Shown in pieces: positions 1 through 10,160 of a DNA stretch of 64,000 nt. Position numbers and translations under genes: made by a program. Source of the stretch: a virus (taxonomy: Duplodnaviria; Caudoviricetes). Where the stretch lies: positions 144,086 through 208,085 of IMG/VR virus record IMGVR_UViG_3300032123_000052. One strand, given 5' to 3'. The notes under the pieces were generated by a model, which was not told the DNA's origin, ran no database searches, and saw only the letters and a program-made list of their open reading frames with translations. The first letter of the stretch is position 1, and the number at the start of each line of letters is the position of its first letter.

Positions 1-52
1 TTGCCGCGTCGGTTCTGAGTTTCGCAAGTACTTCCAATCTTGTGTGTTTCAT
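1..52 (-). CDS. partial hypothetical protein (runs off left edge)
   Basis: ATG at 52 after GGAG RBS; MKHTRLEVLAKLRTDAA open to window edge. Confidence 0.4.
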   Translation of the reverse strand, partial: MKHTRLEVLAKLRTDAA

Positions 53-76
53 TTACAATCTCCTGTTAATTGTTTT

Positions 77-280
77 TTACATTTCGCAATTGCGAACACA
101 ATTATTCTTTCCGACTCTTATTATCTGAGAACTATTTTCATATAACAGTTGAATGATATAGCTGCCCAATATTTCATCCAATGTTAATTTTTTAATGTTA
201 ACTGACTCAACCATTTCCAAAAAATCACCGTTTTTATAAACTGAAAACGTGCCTTCGTCATTTATTTTAATTTCTATCAT
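77..280 (-). CDS. hypothetical protein
   Basis: Track ORF 77..331; better start MIEIKIN at 280 behind GGAGGTGGAG RBS. Confidence 0.55.
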   Translation of the reverse strand: MIEIKINDEGTFSVYKNGDFLEMVESVNIKKLTLDEILGSYIIQLLYENSSQIIRVGKNNCVRNCEM

Positions 281-632
281 TCTCCACCTCCTGTTAATTG
301 TTTTCGTTTTCGCCTCTCGCCGGCCTCTCAACCTGGGGCGCTATCCTGTTTGCCGGGGATTCGCCTCGGCACGTGGTTAATTATTTAATTCGTTTTCTCC
401 ATTTTCTCTGCACGTCTCTATCCATCCAGTTGAAGAGACAATAGTCAGCAGGAATCGGATCCCCTGCATATATTTTCCGAGGTTCATTGTTTTGAATTTT
501 TTAATATCCGTTAATGATAATTATTTCTCTTACAATATACTTATACCAGATTCCGAGACTTTCTAACACCCTGATGGCTAAAAAAAAGCTCAACTCATAG
601 TCAAGCGACGCAACCTCTTAGCGCGTCATCAA

Positions 633-1409
633 TTATAGAGATAGAGCTTCTTCTGGTATACTGATGGGAAGTGTTGGTTTTTCTATCCGCACACACGGTG
701 CGTTAATTACATCCGCAAATGATTTCATATTATTAATATCTATATCAGGACTATGCCACTGAACGGGCTTAATCATTTCTGGGGACAGAAAGGTTTTTGC
801 AATAAATACGTTACCAAAATCCTCGAGCACAACTACACCAGACACTATGTTGAGATGGTAATGGTTCTCAATTTTTCCATATTCAAATGGAGAACCAATT
901 ATCATCATTGATAAGACATCTACTGTGGTTGGGAAAGAGCCGGCAATTGCCTTTATCCTATCCATAATAAATTCGTACACAATAGGATCAACACGCTCTT
1001 CAAATCGCTCAAGACAATGTTCGGTATAGAAAATATTACCACACGCTTTGTGATAATTTGCACCGAACAACCTGCCATGATCTGTAACAGTAAATACTCG
1101 ATCAAGATTGGTTTTGAACTGTATGTGATAATTGCCTTTTAGTTTGAAATTAGTCATATTGACCCATTTTCCGTATTTTTTACGAATTCGTATAGCAACA
1201 TATTCTTTTATTTTTTTCTCTTTACGTTTACTAATCCGTTTCTTGGCAAAGGTTTTGCCAAGCGTTTTATTACACGCCTCGCTGAAGATAAGATTCATCA
1301 TCGCATCATTGTATTTCTCGAGGGAAACAGTTTCAAAGTGTTCGTTCAACAGGGCAAGATAAACCTGCTCCTGCTCTTTATTTCTTGTGATAGAGCTTTT
1401 TCTTTCCAT
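633..1409 (-). CDS. hypothetical protein (258 aa)
   Basis: Long ORF co-oriented with neighbours; no recognised motif. Confidence 0.75.
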   Translation of the reverse strand: MERKSSITRNKEQEQVYLALLNEHFETVSLEKYNDAMMNLIFSEACNKTLGKTFAKKRISKRKEKKIKEYVAIRIRKKYGKWVNMTNFKLKGNYHIQFKTNLDRVFTVTDHGRLFGANYHKACGNIFYTEHCLERFEERVDPIVYEFIMDRIKAIAGSFPTTVDVLSMMIIGSPFEYGKIENHYHLNIVSGVVVLEDFGNVFIAKTFLSPEMIKPVQWHSPDIDINNMKSFADVINAPCVRIEKPTLPISIPEEALSL

Positions 1410-1442
1410 TTATTTACTTTCGCACCCCTTTTGGTTAAAGTA

Positions 1443-1543
1443 AGGAAAGCCTCGCCCGAGTCTCGGGTGAAACAAAACGTCCGGTAGTGAAGTTGCAGCC
1501 GCACCAACCGGAAGACGCATGCCTTTTAAGGCGAGGCAGTCCT
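1443..1543. ncRNA. candidate structured intergenic RNA
   Basis: AGGA..GCCTCGCC / GGCGAGGC..TCCT closing stem, internal CCCGA-GTC-TCGGG hairpin and CCGGT/ACCGG stem; GC-rich island in AT-rich intergenic DNA. Confidence 0.4.
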
Positions 1544-1608
1544 AATTTTTAGTCCAGAAAAGCTACATCCTATTTTTGTATTGTTGTAATATTTTAAAAT
1601 ATTTATAA

Positions 1609-2517
1609 TCACTCCACCTTATATTTTTTACTTACTACTTCAGATAGCTCGGGACCCTTCCAGTACGGAAGTATCCAGATTCTTTTCCGCAATAAATACC
1701 CTTTCCCGTACGCCTGATTAGTCCAATGTCCACGAACAATAAAGCGCTTATCAATTGTGCGACCAGTCTTCTCGCTGTGAATAGATATATATCTCTTCGG
1801 CGGTCGAAGCAGAATGAATTCGCTTCTTACCTTATTCTTCTTACCACCCAGTTTGTATTGAACGCAATGTCTGGATTCTGTTTCGGCGGGAACTCTGGTC
1901 GAATCATTGATATACATTATTGTGTTGAAAAAGATATTTACTGCACGTTGGGCCTCAGGAAGCGTTACCACACCCCGATTCTTAACTCTTGGTGCAACTT
2001 TACACGCCGTCTTAATAGTTTCATTATTGCGAAGATTAACCCACATATGGTCGAGCCCGTAATCACCTAAACCTGGAGACAGGCCTGAAATTGACACGTC
2101 CCAATCTACGCTATCGCGCACTTCTCCATCTCTTGTTATTATCATTGTATCAACAGCAGTGCTAATTGCAGATCTGTCAATAAACAGTAGTGCGTAAACA
2201 CTCGCGTCTTCATTTTCCCTCATATCGACTTTGTACAATGGCTTCTCACCCTCTATTAGAAAAGTCTTAAATGGGTATTTAAAATCAGAAGGTTTGATAT
2301 CAAGAGGAACATCAGTTAGCGCAAATGCATCAATAAGCTCTTTCGATAACCTGAATGTTTTGGCGCCATTGTCAAGCCACACCTGCAACTTTGCATATAA
2401 CGTAGAAAACTCATAAATAATACTCATTGCGTAGTTACTCATACTTTGGGATGTTGTTTTTTTTTTCATTGATAACACAAGAGCTTTTGTCTCCTCCATT
2501 CTCTTAAATATATTCAT
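1609..2517 (-). CDS. conserved phage hypothetical protein with C-terminal VRGHW motif
   Basis: 302-aa ORF, GGAGG RBS; IVRGHWTNQAYGKG...RKRIWILPYWKGP motif typical of a widespread uncharacterised phage family. Confidence 0.7.
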   Translation of the reverse strand: MNIFKRMEETKALVLSMKKKTTSQSMSNYAMSIIYEFSTLYAKLQVWLDNGAKTFRLSKELIDAFALTDVPLDIKPSDFKYPFKTFLIEGEKPLYKVDMRENEDASVYALLFIDRSAISTAVDTMIITRDGEVRDSVDWDVSISGLSPGLGDYGLDHMWVNLRNNETIKTACKVAPRVKNRGVVTLPEAQRAVNIFFNTIMYINDSTRVPAETESRHCVQYKLGGKKNKVRSEFILLRPPKRYISIHSEKTGRTIDKRFIVRGHWTNQAYGKGYLLRKRIWILPYWKGPELSEVVSKKYKVE

Positions 2518-2728
2518 ATTATCCTCCTAATTAAAAAAGGCGCCTTTAAAGCGCCATTGTGTGGGCAAGGTTTATCATGAATAACACTATGACGATACAT
2601 ACCCAGAATAAAATCTTCCACTTCATGCTACCCTCCTTAAATAATGGCGGCCAGGATCCATAGGCCAGACATACCTAAAACATAAGTATGGCTACCCTAC
2701 TTATCAACCAGCCGCCGTACCCGTATTT

Positions 2729-2905
2729 CTACGAGTCCAATAAGTGCGAAAATTCAGAATCGTCGTCTATTGATACTTCCTGCCGATACGATGTTTGTAC
2801 ATCGTTGCCAAATTGGTCCTCAAAATTATTCTCTGGAAAATAGAAATAATTATCTTTCTTCTGAATCCTATCTTCCGGATCTTGCAAATCTTCAAAGAGT
2901 GACAC
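2729..2905 (-). CDS. small acidic protein (58 aa, GTG start, not in track)
   Basis: AGGAGG RBS then GTG; MSLFEDLQDPEDRIQKKDNYF...SHLLDS*. Confidence 0.55.
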   Translation of the reverse strand: MSLFEDLQDPEDRIQKKDNYFYFPENNFEDQFGNDVQTSYRQEVSIDDDSEFSHLLDS

Positions 2906-3011
2906 GCATCCTCCTATTAATAAAAAAATTATACTTATCCGTTAACATTATTGTTATACCATGAATATAAAAATAATCACACCAATTTGCTACACTTTCA
3001 TTCTTTTTTTT

Positions 3012-3632
3012 CTACGATCGATTTAGAGGAAAATACCCTTGTTTTATCAGCATTTTCTTAACAAGTTGTAATTCAACACGATATGCGTCACGATCATCGT
3101 GGTGCTTCTTCTCGAATTCTCTTACATACTTTCTCGCCTCCTTAATATTCTTTGCCACGAAATAGAAATAACCGTTCAGATAGTTACTGTAAACATTTTT
3201 GTAGATATATATGAATATCTGTTTCGCCTGTTGTGGTTTGAGCTTCCTCTTCTTGTCTATACGTGCTTTAAAATCTTCTGGAGCTTCGACACCTTCAGTT
3301 GGTTCAAGCAGTTCAGGTTTATAATCTCTCGATCCGGAATGATCTTTTGGATTTTCCATCATCTGTAATGGCCCACCAAACCAGCTAAATACCACCATCC
3401 CATCATTAGCTTTAAATACATCAACATTACCAATGCAGTCGCTAGATCTTGGAACTTTACTGAGCCAATCAATTGCCATTTGCTGGAACTCAACCTTGCT
3501 GGCGTCCATTACAAACCCCAATTGGTCCTTTTCCATCGGTTTGTTTAAAAGACCTACTGATTGTGGTGATGATTGAATTCCCAACACACCTTTGTAAACA
3601 AACACTTGTGTTTTCACATTTACCCCTTTCAT
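3012..3632 (-). CDS. hypothetical protein (206 aa)
   Basis: ORF track; co-oriented. Confidence 0.65.
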   Translation of the reverse strand: MKGVNVKTQVFVYKGVLGIQSSPQSVGLLNKPMEKDQLGFVMDASKVEFQQMAIDWLSKVPRSSDCIGNVDVFKANDGMVVFSWFGGPLQMMENPKDHSGSRDYKPELLEPTEGVEAPEDFKARIDKKRKLKPQQAKQIFIYIYKNVYSNYLNGYFYFVAKNIKEARKYVREFEKKHHDDRDAYRVELQLVKKMLIKQGYFPLNRS

Positions 3633-3710
3633 GTTAGTTAAAAAAAAGGAATCAAGCCTGTACAGCGCTCAATTCCTGATCTTGTCGTAAATATAGCCGG
3701 GACAATCAAT

Positions 3711-3830
3711 TTACTGCTCGTCAGTCTTCTTTTCTTTCTTAGTTCTCTTTTTGAAGATTTTCGGAGCAAAAATAGTACCCAACACGCCAACAGCAACGCT
3801 ACCAGCATATTTTAAGATCTCCTTAACCAT
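3711..3830 (-). CDS. small membrane peptide (39 aa, not in track)
   Basis: MVKEILKYAGSVAVGVLGTIFAPKIFKKRTKKEKKTDEQ*: hydrophobic segment plus basic tail. Confidence 0.5.
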   Translation of the reverse strand: MVKEILKYAGSVAVGVLGTIFAPKIFKKRTKKEKKTDEQ

Positions 3831-3949
3831 AATGGAGCCCCTTTCTCCCCACAGTAGTGAGGACTGTTTGTGTCTACATTATACTTATACCAGATAATGC
3901 AGAATAATCACGATTTTTTTTTGATAGTTAAATGAAATCTGACACATTT

Positions 3950-4097
3950 CTTCCATTGACTTTTCACTACTCTCCTACTACTCTTGCTTCTTTCGTTTTA
4001 CTATACTACTCTTCACTCGTTCTTCCGTTTTCGTTACTTCGTTTGCGGCTTATGTGTGCTCCATGCCAGTTGCCCGGCTGGAGCTACAAACTCCATT
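3950..4097 (-). ncRNA. candidate promoter-driven small RNA
   Basis: Starts just below a TGGTATAA motif (4105-4112); 5' hairpins TGGAG-TTTGTAG-CTCCA and GCCGG-GCAA-CTGGC, then a purine-rich tract; no ORF above ~20 aa on the minus strand. Confidence 0.35.
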
Positions 4098-4152
4098 ACT
4101 ATATTTATACCAGATTATGTGCCAAAATCACACAACTTGCAACCAAATTTAT

Positions 4153-4554
4153 TTACATATCTTCCAGCATCTTTTCCAGCGTCACTTTATCCATATCTTT
4201 GAGAGCGCCGACCTTCTTCTCATGAAGAATCTCCAATATTTGCTCTTTCTTAGCTTTGGTAGCAGCGGCCTTCTCAACCCTGGCGGCAACATCGATCTTA
4301 TAATCTATCACACGCCTTACGATACCGAGACTAACCTTAGCATCTGTATTTTCAACAGTCTGCTTAACAACATAGGATTCTTCATCAGCACTGTTCTTCA
4401 GTGCCTTATTCAAACCCTTCTCAATATAATCGAGAGAAATTCCATCATTTTCAAAAGTCAGTGGCAGGTCCCAAAGGTCTTCAGTCGTAAGATTACCAAT
4501 TCTTGTTCCAAACCTTAATTTCTTGCGACTGGCATATTCGAATAGCTCAACCAT
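4153..4554 (-). CDS. conserved phage protein (133 aa)
   Basis: FEYASRKKLRF..GNLTTEDLWDLPL N-terminus; recalled as paired with the adjacent 671-aa gene in other phages. Confidence 0.75.
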   Translation of the reverse strand: MVELFEYASRKKLRFGTRIGNLTTEDLWDLPLTFENDGISLDYIEKGLNKALKNSADEESYVVKQTVENTDAKVSLGIVRRVIDYKIDVAARVEKAAATKAKKEQILEILHEKKVGALKDMDKVTLEKMLEDM

Positions 4555-4566
4555 GAAAAACTCCTT

Positions 4567-6582
4567 TTAAAAGTTTATTTTGATTGTGCGGGAAAAGCTC
4601 CCGCTTAATTTGCAAAGAACCGATGCGTCTTTGGTGCTTGAGAATCCTAGACCACTTAGTTGATTATCAGCCTTTTCAACCTTCAGTTTGGATCCCAATA
4701 CCTCGAACACTTTCCGATGCTCAGTTAACTCATTGCTAAGGAATTCGTTGAAGAACCCCCTGGCTCTTTTATCATTTTTACATCCATCAAGTATGAAAAA
4801 TACATGCCTGTTACCTGTTTTATGACCATCCCAATGATTGGGAGAATTCATAATAAGAGAAGCCTTATAGAACTGCTGTGTTGAAATATTCCAAACGGCT
4901 TTCTTTGCTGCGGTCGATGGCAGTGATTCGATGAACTTTATCCCATCCTTTTTCGATAACTCAAATTCTGCCACAGTGACATCGCGAGATACACGCTTGC
5001 CATAATGGAACTTATGGATATTCCCACCGTATTCAATCTCAGCATCGAACCCAACATCAACATCTTCACGCTGACCATATTGACGTATGAATAATTTGTA
5101 CTTACCTTTATTCATTTTGGCCAAGTTGGGCCATACAATATTCTCAACAGCGTTTCTTGAACCAGAGTTCTCAACATTCATATCAACATCAAGATTTCCG
5201 CCTGTATTAGATATCTTGTTGGCAAAATAAATATCATTACCACCAGGCTCTATAACATGAATATCCAAATCGTCGTAATTAAACCACCCGAGTGAGCACC
5301 GAAGTACCCCGTTGATATTGCCACCAGCAGTCTTCACCCTTTCCTTAATAGAATCGGCAACCTCACCGCTATATGCCCAGGAAAAGTTATTATCCCATTG
5401 AAAAATATGTTTTGCATCAATATTCATTGGTGCTATGAGACTCATTAAATTGTTTATATGACGGTTCTCAAACATCAACTCAACAGTATCTACCCTCGGA
5501 AGAATATCACTTATAAAAGTGTCAATTCCAACCTCCTCGACTTTATCAAACTTCTTTGCATCAAGCGGAACATTGCTTTCAATAGCGTCGAATACACCCA
5601 TCGACTTTCTCGCCTCCCTATCTGCGAAAAGAACATTATTAACAGCGATGTCCTCAGTAACCGCAAACCTTCTTGTAAGAGAATCTTCGATGCCAAGTTC
5701 GGCAACCTTCTTCTGTGCTTCTGTTATCATACCTTTGGTAATAAGTGCAGTTGGGCGCTTATAGTTTTCTGGAGCAACCTTCGATTCGAACATCCTGACA
5801 GCTTCGTTAAGATCCATATCGCTGGACATGTCAACAAGCAATGTTCCGATAACAGAATTCTTCATCCGTGAGCTTCCTCCAAGTTCCATTGATTCAACCC
5901 AGCAATAGTTATCACGATCTTTTTCAGGAATTTTGTCAAATTTCTTTTTCTTTTTTATAAATAACTCAACTGTAGCTTTATGCTCTTCACCCCTGTACAG
6001 AGAATTCTGTTCAATAAGGTCGAGGCATGTCTCAGCAGCCGATAAAGATATTTCATTCATACCTCTTATGAACAAATCTTTATTGGTATTTAAATGAGAC
6101 ATCGTAGTGCCCATTTCATCATTTGGCTTTATAATTGTTTTAGGGAGCTTTATAAAGAAGTGCTCCCACTTTATTGTTTCCCCGTCTTCAAGGAGTTGAA
6201 TATTATAATCATTCCCAACAGTGTTCTGAAAATATAGAAACGGACTGGTTATTGCTTTAGACTTTACAACCTTTGACAGCGCCTCAGCAACAATTTTATA
6301 CAGCCCATCTATTTCAATATCCCAAATAGAAACCGGTTTATTATTCACAATCGCAACCATGTGTCCACATGCTCTTATGAATTGTTTGCATGACTGGCAA
6401 TCATACTCAGCGCGCTCTCTAAACATTTTATTAACACCTTCAGGAAAGCTACTGAGATAAGTTTCCCATAATAAATCTTTATCAACATCTACAGTGAAGA
6501 GCTTTAATCCCTTCATAGAGTCGAACTGCTTTTGCACAGCGACCTTAAAATCTTTAAAAATTAATTCTTCCATTTTACCCAC
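4567..6582 (-). CDS. conserved phage protein with C-terminal YfaP/DUF2135-like domain (671 aa)
   Basis: LRCSLGWFNYDDLDIHVIEP..GGNLDVDMN..AVENIVW motif. Confidence 0.7.
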   Translation of the reverse strand: MGKMEELIFKDFKVAVQKQFDSMKGLKLFTVDVDKDLLWETYLSSFPEGVNKMFRERAEYDCQSCKQFIRACGHMVAIVNNKPVSIWDIEIDGLYKIVAEALSKVVKSKAITSPFLYFQNTVGNDYNIQLLEDGETIKWEHFFIKLPKTIIKPNDEMGTTMSHLNTNKDLFIRGMNEISLSAAETCLDLIEQNSLYRGEEHKATVELFIKKKKKFDKIPEKDRDNYCWVESMELGGSSRMKNSVIGTLLVDMSSDMDLNEAVRMFESKVAPENYKRPTALITKGMITEAQKKVAELGIEDSLTRRFAVTEDIAVNNVLFADREARKSMGVFDAIESNVPLDAKKFDKVEEVGIDTFISDILPRVDTVELMFENRHINNLMSLIAPMNIDAKHIFQWDNNFSWAYSGEVADSIKERVKTAGGNINGVLRCSLGWFNYDDLDIHVIEPGGNDIYFANKISNTGGNLDVDMNVENSGSRNAVENIVWPNLAKMNKGKYKLFIRQYGQREDVDVGFDAEIEYGGNIHKFHYGKRVSRDVTVAEFELSKKDGIKFIESLPSTAAKKAVWNISTQQFYKASLIMNSPNHWDGHKTGNRHVFFILDGCKNDKRARGFFNEFLSNELTEHRKVFEVLGSKLKVEKADNQLSGLGFSSTKDASVLCKLSGSFSRTIKINF

Positions 6583-6669
6583 CTACCGTTAAATTGGATT
6601 AATTGACATTAAAAAAAATGTATAATACGAATTGATATTTACACAATAGTTATACCAAAACAAATTCTA

Positions 6670-6933
6670 TTATAACCATTTTTTCTTTATTTTGCGATAA
6701 AATGGGGGCATTGACACCCTCCAGGCAAGATGTTTCGCACCGCAGCGCAAACAGAGTTTCCCGAAGAAAAGAAGGTATAGATAACTTACCTTCGATATTG
6801 ATTTGCAGAATGGACAGTTGATAAAGCTATGCTTACTCTTCTTCTCTATCTTCCATCGGTTGTGAATTAAAGCCGCGGGGTAAAATTTCAAGATTATACT
6901 TCGAAAGGATATTTTCTCCACCATTACCTCCAT
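6670..6933 (-). CDS. small CxxC zinc-binding protein
   Basis: CPFC...CLRC; GGAGG RBS. Confidence 0.55.
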   Translation of the reverse strand: MEVMVEKISFRSIILKFYPAALIHNRWKIEKKSKHSFINCPFCKSISKVSYLYLLFFGKLCLRCGAKHLAWRVSMPPFYRKIKKKWL

Positions 6934-7147
6934 GTTCTATAGCATTAAATAACAACTGATCATTATCATGGTATATTCTGTTATTTCTATTTAGATCAGC
7001 ATAAAACTGATCAAGATATTCTTTAGTGAAAATTCTTTGAACTTGACTGTGCCCACGCGCCATTTCCTGTTGCGGTGCCACTGCCTCTTTATCCTTACGA
7101 ATAAATCCGGCCTGATACTCAGCCCAATCTTCAAAAATCACATCCAT
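6833..7147 (-). CDS. hypothetical protein
   Basis: Starts right after helicase stop; overlaps next ORF by ~100 nt. Confidence 0.45.
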   Translation of the reverse strand: MDVIFEDWAEYQAGFIRKDKEAVAPQQEMARGHSQVQRIFTKEYLDQFYADLNRNNRIYHDNDQLLFNAIEHGGNGGENILSKYNLEILPRGFNSQPMEDREEE

Positions 7148-7149
7148 AA

Positions 7150-8736
7150 TTACCCCACTATTGATTGAATAAAATATTCAGGGAAAAAGTGTTTATTCCT
7201 AATAAGAAAACTTCTGAATGCAGAGTCGAGGATGTAAACATTACACCAATCCTCCTTATGGCGGACTCCGCGGCCAGTAACCTGGATTAAAGTTAGTGAG
7301 GTTTTCCAGAGATACCAGTCTGGATCAATTTCTTTTCTTCGCTTGATCTGCGGATCGCCAAGGAATCCAAATGGCATCTTGCAAATTATGATGAATCTAG
7401 CAAGATCATCTTTGAGATCAACCCCTTCACTTAACGATGGAGATATCATAACCTTTGGATCTTTATGTTTTATAAAATATGAAAGCGCCTCACTGCGATC
7501 ACCACCATCATGCCCAACCAACCTTCTTTTATTTGTTATCGCAACACTATCCGTGATGTATCTCGATATTTTAAAACTATGTGTATAAATAAGACCTTTA
7601 TGAGGCATATGGACATCCATAATCTCATTTACTGCCTTTGTTACTTTTGGTAATGTCTCATCAATATTAGTATAACTCATTGATCCGGTATTTACAAATA
7701 TCGTCTTCCGGTTCTCAACAGGAAAGGTTGGTGGTACCTGATAGAACTCAGCTTCATCGGGAGGTATCCCAAGGTTGCGACAAAAGTTCTTCTTATCCAG
7801 TATAGTGGCAGACATCATAAGATGACGCTTGCCAAAACTGAATAAAAGATCATCAGCATACGGTGCAACAGTAACTGGTTTAAAGAATATCTTATCGTCA
7901 TCAGGGTTATTTTTTCCGCGCTGAATTTCGTGAACCCATTCGTTCTGCTCACAAGTCTTAAGGAAATTATCAATCTTCTTGATCTGTGTATTCAGTCTGG
8001 TATTCATCGATGATAGTTTTTTTATCTGCTCGATTATATTGTCACGACCAGCGACAGAAACTAATAGGTCTGATTTTAAACTCAGTATGTCAGATAAGTT
8101 ACTTTTAACCTCATCAGCAAAACAATCTGAAATCTGATTAAGCCAGTCAATATAATCTTCAACCTTATCGTATTCTGGTATATCAGAAAGTGACCCTAGT
8201 TTTCTCATATATTTCGATGTAAACTTGATTTCAACAAAACCCATTAACTCTCTATCCACCCCATGACATTCATCACAAACGATTAGGTTTGCAGGTTTAA
8301 ATATTTTTGCATATTGAGTTGCATAAAGAAAATATGTATAATTTAACAATGCTATTTTAGCATTAAGCGCAGCACCCTTTGCCGATTCATATGGACATTC
8401 GGTGATATCTGGACACCTTCCTGTTTGACAAAATCCATTGTTACAAAAGCTATCCATATGAGCGCAGCTGTAATTGTTACGGCCCATCAACTCAACAAAT
8501 TCCGGCGATCCGTAATCATATACGTACTGGGTCTGCAGGACTTTCTGAGATGTTAATAGGTATGTTGGCGCAAAGTGCATACCAAGGGCAACAGCGATCG
8601 GGGATTTTCCCGACCCTGTTGGTGCCTCTAATATTACATATTTAATCCCACTGTCAAAAGCTTTTTCTATCGTAAGAATGGTCTCGCGTTGATACCGGCG
8701 GTAGGTGCCATGCGGAAAGTGAGTTAGTATATCCAA
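7150..8736 (-). CDS. DinG/Rad3(XPD)-family SF2 helicase with probable Fe-S cluster
   Basis: Walker A EAPTGSGKS, DECH box, SAT, EGVDL..RFIIICKMPF, QVTGRGVRHKEDW; Cys cluster after GRNNYSC. Confidence 0.9.
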   Translation of the reverse strand: MDILTHFPHGTYRRYQRETILTIEKAFDSGIKYVILEAPTGSGKSPIAVALGMHFAPTYLLTSQKVLQTQYVYDYGSPEFVELMGRNNYSCAHMDSFCNNGFCQTGRCPDITECPYESAKGAALNAKIALLNYTYFLYATQYAKIFKPANLIVCDECHGVDRELMGFVEIKFTSKYMRKLGSLSDIPEYDKVEDYIDWLNQISDCFADEVKSNLSDILSLKSDLLVSVAGRDNIIEQIKKLSSMNTRLNTQIKKIDNFLKTCEQNEWVHEIQRGKNNPDDDKIFFKPVTVAPYADDLLFSFGKRHLMMSATILDKKNFCRNLGIPPDEAEFYQVPPTFPVENRKTIFVNTGSMSYTNIDETLPKVTKAVNEIMDVHMPHKGLIYTHSFKISRYITDSVAITNKRRLVGHDGGDRSEALSYFIKHKDPKVMISPSLSEGVDLKDDLARFIIICKMPFGFLGDPQIKRRKEIDPDWYLWKTSLTLIQVTGRGVRHKEDWCNVYILDSAFRSFLIRNKHFFPEYFIQSIVG

Positions 8737-8779
8737 TTATTCTCCTTTTGTGTTTCTATTGATCGAAGTTTTTCAGTCA

Positions 8780-9433
8780 TTATTTTAATCCGTATACTTT
8801 ATCAACCATATTCAGAAGAGTTTTAAGAGCAGACTCAAACCGAAGTTTCGATATCTTTTCCATCCATTCAAAACCATCGAGTGTCCTGATTGGTATAATA
8901 TCTTTTATTAATCCAATCGCCACACTCTCACCTTTAATGTTCTCAAACTTTATGATCGTGGCGTATTGTAAGTTGTCAATCCCAATAACTTTGAGATATG
9001 TCCACCAGTAATCCGTCTTTTCTTTCGAACTGGTGTAGCTGTTCTTCCTGCGGAAATGTTTTCCAATATATTTCTTCTCGAGGTCAGGAATTAGAAATTC
9101 AGCATCAATATTGCCGATTTCCATATGGAGCTTCCTGCATTGTAACTCAACTTTCTTGTGTTTCTTTACAAGCCCAAGTCTTTTTTGGACCATCTCGATT
9201 CTTTTAAATGTCTCTTTTTTCATTATAATCCTTTCGTGCAGGCATCGTCCACCCACAACCACTGTAACGTTACTTTTAAAATCATCACCCCATGGATTTC
9301 CACCCTTAGCCCATTTGACTTTGAATTTCGTATTCTCACAATACGCGTGTAACGCAAGCGCCACACTATCCGGATTCAACCATAGTGGATCGTTCGGCGA
9401 GTCATATTCAATCACAACTGATATTTTAGGCAT
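8780..9433 (-). CDS. hypothetical protein (217 aa)
   Basis: ORF track. Confidence 0.6.
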   Translation of the reverse strand: MPKISVVIEYDSPNDPLWLNPDSVALALHAYCENTKFKVKWAKGGNPWGDDFKSNVTVVVGGRCLHERIIMKKETFKRIEMVQKRLGLVKKHKKVELQCRKLHMEIGNIDAEFLIPDLEKKYIGKHFRRKNSYTSSKEKTDYWWTYLKVIGIDNLQYATIIKFENIKGESVAIGLIKDIIPIRTLDGFEWMEKISKLRFESALKTLLNMVDKVYGLK

Positions 9434-9506
9434 AAATCTCCTTTGATGTTAATACTGTACGCAAAATCACTTAGTTATAATGTATTAATCACTAATCTTT
9501 ATAATA

Positions 9507-10028
9507 TTAAGATTTGAGAGCTGGCTCTTCCCCATTAGCCTTTACACCATTATCAGGTGCAAGGAAATTGCCTGCGCCAACGGATGCGCCGCTTGGCAGA
9601 TGAATGAATTCGACACATCCATCTATCTTTTCATCCAGGGCTAATGGTAATAACCAATTGAGGCAATAAACGCAGGAACCGTCGATACAGAATCCTATAT
9701 CTCCACGGCCTCGAATTATACTTTTAACTATTGTTTCTGTTTCCACAGTATGAGCATCAAAATATGCTTTACGGTCTGATGCTGTGTAGAAAATCACTTT
9801 AAAACTTTTCATATCTGTTATAATTGCGAATCTTTTCCAATTTTCATAATGAACACCAGTTTCTTCTTTAAATTCTCTGATCATAGCGACGCGCTCGTGC
9901 TCGCCTTTTTCTACTTTTCCACCAACACCATTGAGCATGCCTGCTTGCCACTCAGGTTTTTGTTTTCTAATGAGGATGACACTACTCATTCGCTGGTTAA
10001 ACATGAAACCACATACGTATTTTTGCAT
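9507..10028 (-). CDS. NUDIX hydrolase
   Basis: Nudix box GGKVEKGEHERVAMIREFKEETG. Confidence 0.9.
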   Translation of the reverse strand: MQKYVCGFMFNQRMSSVILIRKQKPEWQAGMLNGVGGKVEKGEHERVAMIREFKEETGVHYENWKRFAIITDMKSFKVIFYTASDRKAYFDAHTVETETIVKSIIRGRGDIGFCIDGSCVYCLNWLLPLALDEKIDGCVEFIHLPSGASVGAGNFLAPDNGVKANGEEPALKS

Positions 10029-10097
10029 ATTTAATATAGTATTCTTTCTTCAAAAATCTTCTTCACCAAATTATAATAATGTTTTCATAATATTTTA

Positions 10098-10138
10098 AAA
10101 AAGCGAGAAGGTATTTAGTGTGTATCCTCCTCGCTTTT
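10098..10138 (-). terminator. intrinsic terminator
   Basis: AAAAGCGAG..CTCGCTTTT stem with T-run on the minus strand, downstream of 10161..11135. Confidence 0.55.
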
Positions 10139-10160
10139 GAAATGATATTACCCTAACCCT

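Noticed and set aside
2645-2716. 72-nt tRNA-sized element with 7-bp GGCGGCT/GGCCGCC stem and discriminator A
   Set aside because: No TTC T-loop or proper D arm; may be a structured element but is not a tRNA.
2880-2915. Stop-codon reassignment (RBS-ATG followed by TGA after 5 codons)
   Set aside because: A GTG start in another frame gives a clean 58-aa ORF; long genes throughout are uninterrupted in the standard code.
7150-8736. DinG helicase plus I-E-like array as a type IV-A CRISPR system
   Set aside because: The helicase is 11 kb away among housekeeping-like genes, and no csf1/csf2/csf3/cas6 candidates are present.
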